A DNA stretch of 64,000 nt from a virus (IMGVR_UViG_3300012165_000089), one strand, 5' to 3'; positions 9,901 to 20,026 are shown, counted from the stretch's first letter. Translations and numbers: made by a program. Notes: generated by a model from the letters alone, not told the origin.

Positions 9901-12900
9901 CAATCGAAGGCGCAGTATATGGATTATTTGCTGCCGAGGATATCGTGCATTCCGATGGAAAGACCGGTAAGGTATACGAACAGGGCGATTTGGTTGCCGT
10001 GACAACGACCGACCGAAACGGTGACGCTTCCTTCATGGTAGTTACGGAAGCTCCTGGCTATATTTACGATTACGCCAAAGGTGCTATTATAAGATCTGAA
10101 AGCGGTTGGGCAAATCAGGCACCGAGGAACCTGCACATCGCTGAGGATGAATCAGCTGCTAAAGAATCCGACATGGAAGAATTCTATGGCCACAATCTGG
10201 ATAATTCCGAAATTACCGGCGGTAATGGTAATGATCTAACGGATACCTCTGGAAGCAATGGTAGCCATACGGCAGAATGCTTCAACAAGCACTCCTCCAA
10301 CCAGGGCTATGATGACACTTACAGGGAAGGTGAAACAACCGGTTATTATCCAATCAGTAATAATGACGGAAATAATGGAAACTGTTGGATTGGCAGACCG
10401 TTATTTGCAAATGGGGAAAACGCAACTGCTCGTTACTATATTAAAGAGCTTTCTCGCTCGGAGGGTTATGAGTTATCTGTCGTTGGCAAGGATAATCAGT
10501 TTACGAACGGTGCCTTGACAGGCGAGGAGTTGAACAGTAGCGACATCGTTACTTCCGAAGGTACCGTGGCAGTTACGGCGGCTTTAATGATGGACGTGAA
10601 TAAGAAAGAGAACCGTTTCACAGTTACTTCAAACGGCACGGTTGACGGCTACGACATTACGCTTTATAACATTCCGGCCAACGCAGCATTCTCTACTTTC
10701 ACAATTCAAACCAGATGGGATGATTCAATTACCCATACCGAAGCGCAGGAAGTTGAAGTTCCAGTCATCGGTACCGCCGGTCAGCCGGTCTTGATTGATG
10801 GCAAATTAGTCTACGCAAGCGTTGGTGATACGATTACACTTCCAAATGGTCAAACCACGGTAGTAAATGCGGTATCAGAAAGCAAGGAAAGAAATTTATC
10901 AGTGACACCGGAAAACTCCATGAGGATTTCAATCCCTACCTTTGCCGGATCAATTTCAACAACGGTAGAGGACTTCCTGTTGGATGCGGACTGGGCAATG
11001 GGTTCATCACGAGCGAAAGCGCCAGAAAACGCACCATGGACATTAATTGAATTGACTGGTGCAGCGGCGGATGATTGGGCAGCCTGTCTGCACGATGGTA
11101 TGATTGCGGCCGGCATGGAGGCGTTTAATCGAATTACGGTTGAAGGACCGGCAGAGATTGACGGAAATACCTATGCAGTTGTTCGTTACGCATATGTAAA
11201 CGGAAATACCGCCTTGGCAAGCGTGTATGATGAAGTATATGAAATTTTGTATGTAAAACAGGCAATTTCCATGAATCTTAGCAGTGGAACGACAACTGGC
11301 TTCGTCTATATTCCTTATACCAAGGCTGAAATGGTATCCTATACAGAATTAAACGGCTTTATTACAAGCGCGATTGTCAATAGAAAAGTTTTGACTGCTG
11401 CCGATTATACTTATCCTGCAACGATGGATTTAACCACGGTGGCAGAAATGGCAGAATCCTACTGGATTTATGACGGTACCGAGCAGGCCAGGGCATCTGA
11501 TGGCTCACTGGCTACCAGAAAGGAGACCCGGGTAGTTGAAGTGCCGGGCGGCTATGTAACCGAGGAAATGCTGGAAACAGTACAGGACGTAACCTATGAT
11601 GGCACAAAATATGTAATTCATATGGATGTTACCGACGGAGATGTGTTATTTAAGATTACTTACGGTACCGACGCAACCGCCGATATCAATATTGAACTAG
11701 CGAAGAACAATGGTGTCATTTCCGTATCTCCGACACCAAGAAGCAGTGAGAGTTATGTGGAGTTTGTAATGCTGCCATACTTAAATGACAAGGAGATTAT
11801 CTCCGATGCGGGAACTGTTTTGGCTCCAATCGGTATCAGCGAGCGTCCGATTCGTCAGAAAATAAAGATTACAAAGGATATCCAAACCCTGCAGGAAACG
11901 AAAACAGTTTGGTACTGTTTAAACTGCGGATATGAGAATTCGGACAATATTGGCATTTGTGGTCATTGCAATCAGGAACGCACAACCGAGGAAGCAAAGA
12001 CAATTGCATATGCTCATGACACATATGCGGCGGTTCATTCTGAGAATCTTTCTTCCGGCAATCACATGACAGACTGGTTAACGAAGCTACTCAATGGGGA
12101 TTCTGCTGATGAAACGGCAAGGAACATTCCAAACTTCCGCTTCAAGGCTTACTTAAAGAGCAATCTTGAGCGGTTGTATCGTGACAATGATGGTAACATC
12201 GTATGGCTGGATCGAAATGGGAATTCCATGACACCGGTATATCAGGACACCAATGGTGATGGTAATCATGATACCTTTATCTGGAAGTACGACACGGCAT
12301 ACAACGGAGACATCTCTGATTTCCCTGAAAAGAGGATTGTTTCTGATGAAGGCTCACTGGAATCAACGAATGTTCAGAAGATTTATACCAAAGTAACCCA
12401 TAATACGGGTTCCATGACGACATCGGCTCAGGCAAACAACGTATGGGATGATTACAATGATCCACAGATTGGTATATCCAATAATGTTGGTGAGTTGGAA
12501 GGATACTCCACTTCCCAAAGAATGAAGAGTGACGGAAGTGCCGGCGATCTTTCCGGTAAAGCAGTTGATTCAAATGCAGCATTGTATAGCTACGACGGAA
12601 AGAATGTAAACGTAGCGCAATCTGATAAAATTAACAGTTCCCAGAATAGCGGATATACCAGGTTACTTGAAACCCGCCTGACTCTGATGGAAGATGGCAC
12701 CGGCACGCGCAATGTTGAACAATATAACTACGAAAAGTTCTTTGATGCCATTTTAGCTGCCAACACCGATATTTGGGATGACGATATGCATTCTACCTAT
12801 ACCGGTTCTTCTATGTCGAATTATCCGGGACAGCATTGGTTTGAAACACATTATGAGAAATATCAAAAAGATGATGCCGATCCAGATCATACATTGGCAA

Positions 12901-14924
12901 ATACCGATGGCGTTGACTCTGATAACACAGCTGGCGGTGACAGGGATACATCGTTTAAACCGTTCCGTTGGATTCGTGAAAACATATTTGGCAATCGTGC
13001 TGATTATGAAACTTATCCGGCAGAACATAATGAAATAAATACGGAAACGCAAAAGAGCACTTCGGCATTTGCAAAAGCCAATGCCGATGCATCGGATGCT
13101 GTGAGACAGTTTGCGGCAAAATGGTATTTAGAAGATGAAGCGGCGAAACTTATGATAAATAACGGTGTTGATGAAGATATTGCCAGGTCAACCGGTACCA
13201 TTGATTATGATGAAGCGATTTATGATGAAGCATTGTTTAACGCCATTGCCAAGGCCTATAACTATTTGAAACCGTTCTATGTTTTCGATCTGGATACTAT
13301 TTATGCAGTGGAATGGGATAGTGTAGAGAATGGTGGTGCCGATGGTGATTATACAACTTTGTCAATAGATACCAGTGCCGTAGATGAACATTATAATACT
13401 TCCTCTTACCTGCCATACGGTATTTACGTAATTGTAGAGCAACAGCCGGAACGAATCGATGGAGTAATTAATGATTTTGAAAATCGCAGCTATACCATCG
13501 AAAAACCGAAAGAGGTTATCGTACCAAGCGTATATGATCCGAGCCAGAGCAATGATACAAATGATAATTATCACACACATTATTACTATGATTATTCCAT
13601 GACAACCGAAGAACAGGCGAAAGCAGACAATTATCTGATTCGTTTCGGGGATGAATGGGCACATAATAATCGACAGGATGAAAGACAGTATGTTATCAGG
13701 GCTCACAATAACAACGGCGATTTCGAAGTTTATAAGTACGGATTAGATATTGATAAGTTAACCGGAAGCATTACCTATTCAGCCGGGAATTACAATTATG
13801 CCGGGGTTAGAATAACACAGGATGTTTACGATCCGTTAAAGGATTACTATAATACAAAGCATCGCGGAGCTGAGGGTAATGAAAACATCGGAATTGAGAA
13901 TGGTGGTAATGATAACAGCCACTACAATGCAATTGATAAGACGAATGACATTGATACCGCAAATGGAACAACTTACGCAGGAACCGCTTTAGTTCATCGC
14001 TTTTTCTATGCATCCATATCAGAAGATGAGGGTAAGGCAGACAATATCATGTATAAAAGCGGTGCCACCAATGATAATAACGTGTCGGGTATGCAGTGGA
14101 AAGATGATATTCACACCATGACGGGACAATTGACTGCTTACGACAAAAAATACGCACCAATGTTAGTACCGTGGACACTTATAGAGCCGGCAGGCCTGGA
14201 GAATTACTCAGCAGCAGACTTTACCGGCTATGCCTATATCAATGTACGGGATTCGTTCTATACGGCGCGGCTTAGAATCAACAAGGTGGATTCCGAAACG
14301 GGCGAATATATCATTCACGACAATGCAATATTTGCGTTATACGCAGGTTCCCGCTATAATTCCTTTGCGGAGATTGAGCAGGATGCCCAATTAATCGCGG
14401 ATACCGCAGAGCGCTCCCGGTTTTTGGCACAATTTAAACCCGGTGATGCCAGATTCTATCTACAGGACACCATAATTGTAGGAACGAAGGAATTCTTAGA
14501 AGCAATGTACGCTACCGAATTAACGAAAACAGAAAAGGGTACACTTGCCGATCCGATCTATACCGGCTGCGTGAAAAAAGGTACACCGATTTGCGTGGAA
14601 AGTGAGAGAATTATGCTTACGGACAGTGTAGGAGCTAAAACCGGTCAGATGACGGTGTATGCAACGCTTAATGATGTGCTTGTTGCCAGCGAGGAAAGTG
14701 CTGCGGATAAGCTTTATGCTGACCAGAATACTGGGTATTTTATTACACCACAGCCGATTGGTGCAGGTGTATACGTTCTTGCAGAGATTAAGGCTCCAGA
14801 TGGTTATGTAAAGAGCAACCCAGTTCCTTATGAAGTGTATTCCGATAAGACACAGTATTATGTGGATGGGGATATGTATAGTAAGGTATCAGCGGTAAGA
14901 TATGAAGGAAATTTACTGGAGTAA
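6924..14924 (+). CDS. Giant secreted surface protein (2666 aa) with Cna-B/SpaA-type (prealbumin-like) domains; adhesin-like
   Basis: Signal peptide MKWKRLSKRTTAFILACCIVVAACASYVVQA. Cna-B-like segments: DLAKFDSETGKALEGAVFDILEK, YGLFAAEDIVHSDGKTGKVYEQGDLVAVTTTDRNGDASF, RLRINKVDSETGEYIIHDNAIFALYAG...GVYVLAEIKAPDGYVKSNPVPYEVY. Also an acidic DDDDDDDGSSSSSS tract and an internal CxxC...CxxC ribbon. No LPXTG motif. Confidence 0.7.
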   Translation: MKWKRLSKRTTAFILACCIVVAACASYVVQAYKSNPPSWVMGSARDSWSQEVEAKALSYVNKQTLKEGIKPTNLGLMHATWNPGPLYTFPYTGVTYMDTIESGDSPTSDFENFKGSLIYCSTAHLPGADLWGGTQFFFENYWDENNIPDWVQGSSEEERIFNFYLMVCAIGLADNKTKGKGAIGDDVFGGVAPNYNGAAEFLATFPIVYGVETSGFDMNDMSAALQQYRNNVLVQRIQNDVADNPKVKAELESMKIVLVGDSVQLLNYMEYLFCCTWRAANTAIALHSASPDYAYEISEDGDHYSVVVSYPYTPVDGAIFNGILRFDVTTFGDWVNQGYVYDDIQRVLTYTFTSDTGIAPDDGIVAKMTVSEIGDENAFFIASNNSKLATFKCWSRALDNKGLEKYPLSDPKAGSFDLCQTFFAVAGGNEILVRAGIVAGDGTVEVKRFKHEEGWQSDYNVDLAKFDSETGKALEGAVFDILEKDTLDSQLPSTNLDDTGPQGSLNGQGTFVVTEWEEGDSHDTIDENYSGYNDSALVASQVTLYNWGNDKGTQFTRWDDPWSDACGKDTNVTGADGHLYYGDNYGNNSGDSAHGDTYRYKYQKGYCTGHPAPVIDYVEVPEEETDDDGDVTNQDEIDAAIEENKRLHREAWGAWNAEVQKCDQLATEGGFFHCITPGDIAKTALEEDRDVFYINYISLTYDYSAEETKARTGYILHGLHTDDIPLEWRIVTSSQFKDYNENGLSHNKGGSSGGNGSNDDDADLFSSYRSMASIVEPGESAEADIIPATTKTESRAANFVKLATGSDAETTSDADEDYDEVAADQMEDYEIGSDNSIVKLSLLSVTKATGSDADGADIAGEKDLSGTKSTWTWTGLVEEAVETVKTFLHIGTESDATKLILFSGSMVSASDDDDDDDGSSSSSSVGSGLRNTIKLLSSEANKVILNRSDILDWTFILYNHRTEGEIHFNKRDIDLQAKEDGYDSYGQSNGDGTIEGAVYGLFAAEDIVHSDGKTGKVYEQGDLVAVTTTDRNGDASFMVVTEAPGYIYDYAKGAIIRSESGWANQAPRNLHIAEDESAAKESDMEEFYGHNLDNSEITGGNGNDLTDTSGSNGSHTAECFNKHSSNQGYDDTYREGETTGYYPISNNDGNNGNCWIGRPLFANGENATARYYIKELSRSEGYELSVVGKDNQFTNGALTGEELNSSDIVTSEGTVAVTAALMMDVNKKENRFTVTSNGTVDGYDITLYNIPANAAFSTFTIQTRWDDSITHTEAQEVEVPVIGTAGQPVLIDGKLVYASVGDTITLPNGQTTVVNAVSESKERNLSVTPENSMRISIPTFAGSISTTVEDFLLDADWAMGSSRAKAPENAPWTLIELTGAAADDWAACLHDGMIAAGMEAFNRITVEGPAEIDGNTYAVVRYAYVNGNTALASVYDEVYEILYVKQAISMNLSSGTTTGFVYIPYTKAEMVSYTELNGFITSAIVNRKVLTAADYTYPATMDLTTVAEMAESYWIYDGTEQARASDGSLATRKETRVVEVPGGYVTEEMLETVQDVTYDGTKYVIHMDVTDGDVLFKITYGTDATADINIELAKNNGVISVSPTPRSSESYVEFVMLPYLNDKEIISDAGTVLAPIGISERPIRQKIKITKDIQTLQETKTVWYCLNCGYENSDNIGICGHCNQERTTEEAKTIAYAHDTYAAVHSENLSSGNHMTDWLTKLLNGDSADETARNIPNFRFKAYLKSNLERLYRDNDGNIVWLDRNGNSMTPVYQDTNGDGNHDTFIWKYDTAYNGDISDFPEKRIVSDEGSLESTNVQKIYTKVTHNTGSMTTSAQANNVWDDYNDPQIGISNNVGELEGYSTSQRMKSDGSAGDLSGKAVDSNAALYSYDGKNVNVAQSDKINSSQNSGYTRLLETRLTLMEDGTGTRNVEQYNYEKFFDAILAANTDIWDDDMHSTYTGSSMSNYPGQHWFETHYEKYQKDDADPDHTLANTDGVDSDNTAGGDRDTSFKPFRWIRENIFGNRADYETYPAEHNEINTETQKSTSAFAKANADASDAVRQFAAKWYLEDEAAKLMINNGVDEDIARSTGTIDYDEAIYDEALFNAIAKAYNYLKPFYVFDLDTIYAVEWDSVENGGADGDYTTLSIDTSAVDEHYNTSSYLPYGIYVIVEQQPERIDGVINDFENRSYTIEKPKEVIVPSVYDPSQSNDTNDNYHTHYYYDYSMTTEEQAKADNYLIRFGDEWAHNNRQDERQYVIRAHNNNGDFEVYKYGLDIDKLTGSITYSAGNYNYAGVRITQDVYDPLKDYYNTKHRGAEGNENIGIENGGNDNSHYNAIDKTNDIDTANGTTYAGTALVHRFFYASISEDEGKADNIMYKSGATNDNNVSGMQWKDDIHTMTGQLTAYDKKYAPMLVPWTLIEPAGLENYSAADFTGYAYINVRDSFYTARLRINKVDSETGEYIIHDNAIFALYAGSRYNSFAEIEQDAQLIADTAERSRFLAQFKPGDARFYLQDTIIVGTKEFLEAMYATELTKTEKGTLADPIYTGCVKKGTPICVESERIMLTDSVGAKTGQMTVYATLNDVLVASEESAADKLYADQNTGYFITPQPIGAGVYVLAEIKAPDGYVKSNPVPYEVYSDKTQYYVDGDMYSKVSAVRYEGNLLE

Positions 14925-15124
14925 AACCTGGCAGGGAGGGAGAAATCTCTCCCTGCATTAACGACTCATTGACAAGAATTCTTTTCCCCCTAAGGTAGCG
15001 AGATGAAATATCTAAGTCTTGTAACCCATCTGAATGAGTTGTATAATACAATTAGGATTTTGAGCGAGAAACATCCACTTTCAGCTGTCAGGCTAAATAG
15101 CAGGGTATGTTACAGAGGGAAAAA

Positions 15125-15736
15125 ATGGATACGAATAATTGTGCAGTATGTGATAGACCAAAGGGGAAGAATAAGATATGTTGTTCAGCAGAGTGTCTTG
15201 AAAAGCATCGAGAACAACAGCGGAAAACTTGTGTTGTATGTGGCGAGAAATATAAGAAAAATAAAATTTGTTGCTCAATAGAGTGTCGTATAAAGTATCG
15301 TCAACAGTGGAAAACCTGCGTTGTATGTGGTGAAAAATTTCCAGATCCCCAAAGTAATAATAGGAAGTGCTGCTCCAAAGAATGCTCTACAATTAATAGA
15401 AAAAATATGGGCACGGATGAAGCACATATAAATACTCTCAAAAATCTGCGGGCTGCTGGCGAAGCATTTGCCAAAGCGCATACAGGAGAAAAGGAAGTAA
15501 ATTCAAAATACTGGGAGATACAATCACATGACGGAACTATATACAAGTGTCAGAATTTAAAGCATTTCATAAGAACACATCAGGATTTGTTTGATGGAAC
15601 TGTCGAACAGGCCAGGAGTGGTTTTTCAATGATTAAATCGACAGCTCAGGGAAAGAGAGAAAAAAATCCTGTATATTCTTGGAAAGGATGGAAACTACTG
15701 GATTGGAGCGATGATATATTAGGAGTCAAAGATTGA
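15125..15736 (+). CDS. Protein with three tandem CxxC-(x8-11)-CCSxEC zinc-ribbon-like repeats plus a C-terminal domain of unknown function
   Basis: CAVCDRPKGKNKICCSAECLEKH / CVVCGEKYKKNKICCSIECRIKY / CVVCGEKFPDPQSNNRKCCSKECSTIN. RBS gaggga before the ATG at 15125. The ORF is also open from 15107. Confidence 0.55.
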   Translation: MDTNNCAVCDRPKGKNKICCSAECLEKHREQQRKTCVVCGEKYKKNKICCSIECRIKYRQQWKTCVVCGEKFPDPQSNNRKCCSKECSTINRKNMGTDEAHINTLKNLRAAGEAFAKAHTGEKEVNSKYWEIQSHDGTIYKCQNLKHFIRTHQDLFDGTVEQARSGFSMIKSTAQGKREKNPVYSWKGWKLLDWSDDILGVKD

Positions 15737-15833
15737 GCAAAATCCAAACAAGCTTTCAATAGAGGTGTGGCAATGCTATATACAATCATGCGAAAAGACA
15801 ATTTATATCTTGCGCAGGAATCCAGACGGCGAA

Positions 15834-15863
15834 AGGAACTCTCATGAGGGAGTTCTTTTTTTT
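15834..15863 (+). terminator. Rho-independent terminator
   Basis: ggaactctcatgagggagttc hairpin followed by a T9 run. Confidence 0.55.
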
Positions 15864-16141
15864 GTTGAAATTTTTAAAACATCGAAAACATTCCTTAATT
15901 TCTACAAGACCAGTTGTATTGTCATATGTAATCATAATCAAGTAAATTGAAAAGATGCATTTCCAATATGAAACATTTTCGTGAAGCATTATCTGCATCA
16001 GGATTATGTCCCGGAATGCATGAGATTGAGTTGGTCAAGCATGAAAAAGGAACTAATGTCATCGGAATTTGGTAATTACACCTCTAAATCTTGTCACATA
16101 ATTACGATAACAAATAAAGGAAAAGAGAAGGAGATGTAATT

Positions 16142-16573
16142 ATGAAAGCGGGAACAACAAATATTGATTTAAATGAAAGAGTTGTTATTATTGACTCTAA
16201 AAACAGAAAATTACTTGGAAGGGCTGGTTATATCATGCATCCATTCCACTCAGGAGTTGCCGGCGTTCTTCTGGAAAACACAGAAAGAATAGATCTGGTT
16301 GAAGGCGATATAGTAATTGTTATCCCGGAAGATGAGGGAAAAATCATGGCAGGAAGTACTAATATTCCAGTCAACGAGCGTGTAAAGGTAATTCAATCAG
16401 AATGTGAAGAACTAATTGACATGACAGGTTATATTACGCATCCATTTGCTGGTCTCATGGCACCTGGCGTAGCATATGCGGCAGGCTTGTATCTGGAAAA
16501 TTCATCAGAAGATTTTTCTGGCCAAAAGTGCAACATTACCACAACAGATGTGCTAATAAGATATCCGCGCTAA
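16142..16573 (+). CDS. Soluble protein made of two ~65-aa internal repeats, possibly an NfeD-like beta-barrel tandem, encoded directly upstream of the flotillin gene
   Basis: Repeat 1: KAGTTNIDLNERVVIIDSKNRKLLGRAGYIMHPFHSGVAGVLLEN. Repeat 2: MAGSTNIPVNERVKVIQSECEELIDMTGYITHPFAGLMAPGVAYAAGLYLEN. Its position mirrors yuaF (NfeD) lying upstream of floT in Bacillus. Homology is inferred only from the repeat pattern. Confidence 0.45.
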   Translation: MKAGTTNIDLNERVVIIDSKNRKLLGRAGYIMHPFHSGVAGVLLENTERIDLVEGDIVIVIPEDEGKIMAGSTNIPVNERVKVIQSECEELIDMTGYITHPFAGLMAPGVAYAAGLYLENSSEDFSGQKCNITTTDVLIRYPR

Positions 16574-16589
16574 TTTTACATACTCCAAA

Positions 16590-16617
16590 AGAGGAGCCTT
16601 TTAAGGTTCCTTTTTTC
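16590..16617 (+). terminator. Rho-independent terminator (weak U-tract)
   Basis: aggagccttttaaggttcct hairpin followed by a T6 run. Confidence 0.45.
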
Positions 16618-16707
16618 GTTAGCATAAAAAACCAATATATAAAAAATTAATCACATAATTGTTTTAGATCAACGTAAAAAGTTGAAAAAGAAAAGAGGAG
16701 AAATTTT

Positions 16708-18228
16708 ATGAGTTTTATTTCAGGAATCAGTATTGCTACAGTAATTGGTATTGGTGTTTTTATCTGTTTTATATTGCTTATCGCGACAGGGTATGTAAAG
16801 GCTCCGACAGACACGGCATATATTATCTCCGGTTTGCGAAAAAAAATCGTCATCGGCAAGGCCAGTATTAAGATTCCGTTCTTAGAACGAATGGATAAAC
16901 TCAGCCTGCGATTGATTCCAATTGATGTGAAAACATCTACTGCGGTACCGACTGCAGATTATATTAATATACAGGTAGACGCTGCTGTAAACATAAAAAT
17001 CAGCAGTGAACCAACAAGACTTGCCTTGGCAGCTGAGAATTTTCTTAATCAGAACATAGATTACATTGGCAGGGTTGCCAGAGAAGTATTGGAAGGTAAT
17101 ATGCGTGAAATCGTTGGCCGAATGAAACTGGAAGAAATGGTCAGCGACCGCCAGAAGTTTGCTGAACTGGTAAAAGAGAATGCTATGCCGGATCTGGCAG
17201 CCATGGGACTTGATATCGTAAGCTTCAATGTCCAGAATTTTGCTGACAATAACGGTGTTATTGATGACCTGGGTATTGATAACATTTCACAGATCAAGAA
17301 AAAGGCCGCAATTGCAAAAGCGGAAGCAGATAAGGAGATTGCCGTAGCAAAAGCAGAAGCGGATCGCCAGGCCAATGATGCTAAAATCAATTCTGACCGT
17401 GAGATTGCGATTAAGAATAACGAACTGGAAATGCGAAAGGCGGAGTTACAGAAGATTTCCGATACCAAGCGCGCAGAAGCCGATGCTGCTTATGCTATTC
17501 AGAAAGAAGAGCAGCGTAAAACGATTGAAATAGCTTCTGCCGAAGCTGATATTGCCAGAGAGGAAAAGGCGATTCAGTTAAAACAAAAAGAAGCAGAAGT
17601 TATGGAGAAGTCCCTTGATGCCGAAGTACGTAAGAAAGCAGAAGCAGAACGCTTTGCTCGTCAGCAGAAGGCAGACGCAGAGTTGTATGAACGCCAGAAG
17701 CAAGCGGAAGCAAAGAAATTCGAAGTCCAGCAAGAAGCAGGTGCGCAGAAAACAAAAGCAGAGGCAGAACTTTTTAGTATGGAACAGGAAGCTCGCGGTA
17801 TTCAAAGCCTGGGACAGGCTGAAGCCGAGGCGATCAGAGCTAAGGGTATAGCAGAAGCTGAAGCGATGGAGAAGAAAGCCGAAGCATATGAGAAATATAC
17901 CGGTGCGGCTGTAGCAGAAATGATGATTAAGGTTCTTCCGGAGATTGCTGGTAAAATTGCAGAACCACTTTCGCAAATTGATAAGATTACTATTATCGGT
18001 GGCAGTGATAGCACCGGGATAGATGCAGTATCAAGTAATGTGCCTATCGTAATGACCAAGTTGTTTGAATCAATGAAGGAAGCTACCGGCATTGATTTGA
18101 GCGAGATCGTTCGTGCTAATTCCTATGATGCAAAGGTTACACGAAATGTAAATATCACCGGACTTTCGGGAAAAACTGATACAATGGATTTTTTGGCTGA
18201 AAAAATGTTGGATGAATTAGAAGAATAA
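16708..18228 (+). CDS. floT: Flotillin-family SPFH/Band-7 protein (FloT/YuaG-like), 506 aa
   Basis: N-terminal TM helix. DLAAMGLDIVSFNVQNFADNNGVIDDLG corresponds to FloT DLAKMGLVIVSFTIKDVRDKNGYLESLG. Long Ala/Glu/Lys coiled region. VLPEIAGKIAEPLSQIDKITIIGG corresponds to FloT MLPEYAKQAAAPLSNIDKITVVD. RBS agaggag. Confidence 0.75.
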   Translation: MSFISGISIATVIGIGVFICFILLIATGYVKAPTDTAYIISGLRKKIVIGKASIKIPFLERMDKLSLRLIPIDVKTSTAVPTADYINIQVDAAVNIKISSEPTRLALAAENFLNQNIDYIGRVAREVLEGNMREIVGRMKLEEMVSDRQKFAELVKENAMPDLAAMGLDIVSFNVQNFADNNGVIDDLGIDNISQIKKKAAIAKAEADKEIAVAKAEADRQANDAKINSDREIAIKNNELEMRKAELQKISDTKRAEADAAYAIQKEEQRKTIEIASAEADIAREEKAIQLKQKEAEVMEKSLDAEVRKKAEAERFARQQKADAELYERQKQAEAKKFEVQQEAGAQKTKAEAELFSMEQEARGIQSLGQAEAEAIRAKGIAEAEAMEKKAEAYEKYTGAAVAEMMIKVLPEIAGKIAEPLSQIDKITIIGGSDSTGIDAVSSNVPIVMTKLFESMKEATGIDLSEIVRANSYDAKVTRNVNITGLSGKTDTMDFLAEKMLDELEE

Positions 18229-18342
18229 CTGAACCTTTTCTTTGTCTTAATTAGGAATAATATGGCTCTAGGATATGAAAGTTTTAGGGTCATATTTCCC
18301 AATGTAACCAAATAACAATTTATCAGGAAATGAGGAATTTCG

Positions 18343-18978
18343 ATGAAAAAATATGAATTTACAGGAGATAAAAAAAGGGTTATGGACTTAGAAACTCGTG
18401 CATTGGTTGAGGTAAAGCAGATTCGAGCTGTGAGAGACTTTCAGGAGTATGAACCAAGAAGAAGAGCGAATGGTGAAATGAGAACCCACCTTGTCAAAGA
18501 AGGAACTGTTGGTGGTTGGATTGAGACAGAAGATAATTTGTCTCATGAAGGCAACTGTTGGCTTGCTAAAGATTCATTTGCATGTGGTAATGCAAAAATC
18601 TCTGAAGATGCTGATATATCAGTACATTGCATAATTATGGGAGATGCAATTGTAAAAGGTAAAGCGATTGTTTCTGGTTTAACAACCATTTCGGGTAATG
18701 CTTCTATTTGCGGTGGCTATACTCTTTGGGGAACATCTATTTCACAAGATGCAGAGATTTTTGATGACACACATGTTGTTGGTGTAAAAACCATGGAAAG
18801 TTCTTTTACAACATTTTATAGAACCAATAAAAATGAAATTAGAGTATGTGAATGTGTTAATTCATTATCTCTTGAAGAGTACTTGGATGAAGGAATTGAT
18901 AAATTTGGAGTGGATTCTAAATATACAAAAATTAGAATAGCTGCTGCAGAATTAGCAAAGGCTCACATACTTGGATAA
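18343..18978 (+). CDS. Hypothetical protein with a beta-helix-like repeat core (bactofilin-like or hexapeptide-like?)
   Basis: Repetitive GNAKISEDADISVHCIIMGDAIVKGKAIVSGLTTISGNASICGGYTLWGTSISQDAEIF. RBS gaggaa. Confidence 0.4.
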   Translation: MKKYEFTGDKKRVMDLETRALVEVKQIRAVRDFQEYEPRRRANGEMRTHLVKEGTVGGWIETEDNLSHEGNCWLAKDSFACGNAKISEDADISVHCIIMGDAIVKGKAIVSGLTTISGNASICGGYTLWGTSISQDAEIFDDTHVVGVKTMESSFTTFYRTNKNEIRVCECVNSLSLEEYLDEGIDKFGVDSKYTKIRIAAAELAKAHILG

Positions 18979-19079
18979 ATAACCATAAAATGCTTATCCG
19001 CAGTATTTTTATTAATTAACATTTCCTGATACATAATTATTTTACAAAAAATAAAGGGATTGAGTTCGAGGAGAATGAT

Positions 19080-19511
19080 ATGAAATTGCAGGAAGCAAAG
19101 AGTTTATTAAAACAGAATTATGATTTTGATGGTGTTATAGTCTGCGTTGATGAGGATATGGCAGATGTTAAAACGGATACGAGCCGCTTGAGAATCGCCC
19201 TAAACCAGAAGACAAGTGATCCAGATGCTGAAGTGTTAGAGTTTGATGGCGATATATTTGGATTGGCTGCAAGCGTCCAAATAAATACAATGCTTGGAAC
19301 GGAATCGTTGATTTGTAACGAAAATACGATTATTAGCGGAACTATAGGAGATATCTATTCCTCAAATATTGGTGACAGATTCCGCAATACGAGAGCTTAT
19401 GTTATTATCACAATGATGGCTCTTATGGCAAATGGCATCGAACTTGATTTATCGAAAGATGTTAGAGCAGAAACGCATGGTTCGCACTTGATTCTTGCCA
19501 AAAGAAAATAA
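19080..19511 (+). CDS. Hypothetical protein, paralog A of a tandem pair
   Basis: Shares MKLQEAKSLLKQNYDFDGV...RAYVIITMMALMANGIELDLSKDVRAE with the next gene. RBS gaggag. Confidence 0.55.
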   Translation: MKLQEAKSLLKQNYDFDGVIVCVDEDMADVKTDTSRLRIALNQKTSDPDAEVLEFDGDIFGLAASVQINTMLGTESLICNENTIISGTIGDIYSSNIGDRFRNTRAYVIITMMALMANGIELDLSKDVRAETHGSHLILAKRK

Positions 19512-19537
19512 GCGGATTTAGTACGAGGGAGAAAAAT

Positions 19538-20026
19538 ATGAGACTGCAGGAAATAAGGAGCTTATTAGAGCAAAATTATGATTTTGATGGCGTGGATGTT
19601 CGCATTGAGGGCGGTATCGTAAATGTGGCGGCAAGTGGTAATAGCTTGAAACTCGTTTTTGACCATAAGCCGGACACTACAGATGTTGAATATTCAAAGC
19701 ATGGGGAATTATTCAAGCCTTCGAGATTCGAAGATGAATCCGCAATTTTAGAATTTGATGGAAATATATCCGAGTTAGCCTCGACTGTTATGGTAAGGAC
19801 TATACTTGGTACTAAAAGTAAGATTCATAACGAAACCACGCTTGCAACTGGAACTGTAGCCGAAGGTCAAGGATTGGATTTAGAAGGTAGACTTCGTGTT
19901 TGCAGATCTTACATCATTATCACAATGATAGCACTTATGGCAAATGACGTTGAACTTGATTTGTCGAAGGATATCAGGGTCGATGAAACAATCGTGGTTC
20001 TAGTGCATAAAAATACAGGGAGATAA
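19538..20026 (+). CDS. Hypothetical protein, paralog B of a tandem pair
   Basis: MRLQEIRSLLEQNYDFDGV...RSYIIITMIALMANDVELDLSKDIRVDE. RBS gagggag. Confidence 0.55.
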   Translation: MRLQEIRSLLEQNYDFDGVDVRIEGGIVNVAASGNSLKLVFDHKPDTTDVEYSKHGELFKPSRFEDESAILEFDGNISELASTVMVRTILGTKSKIHNETTLATGTVAEGQGLDLEGRLRVCRSYIIITMIALMANDVELDLSKDIRVDETIVVLVHKNTGR

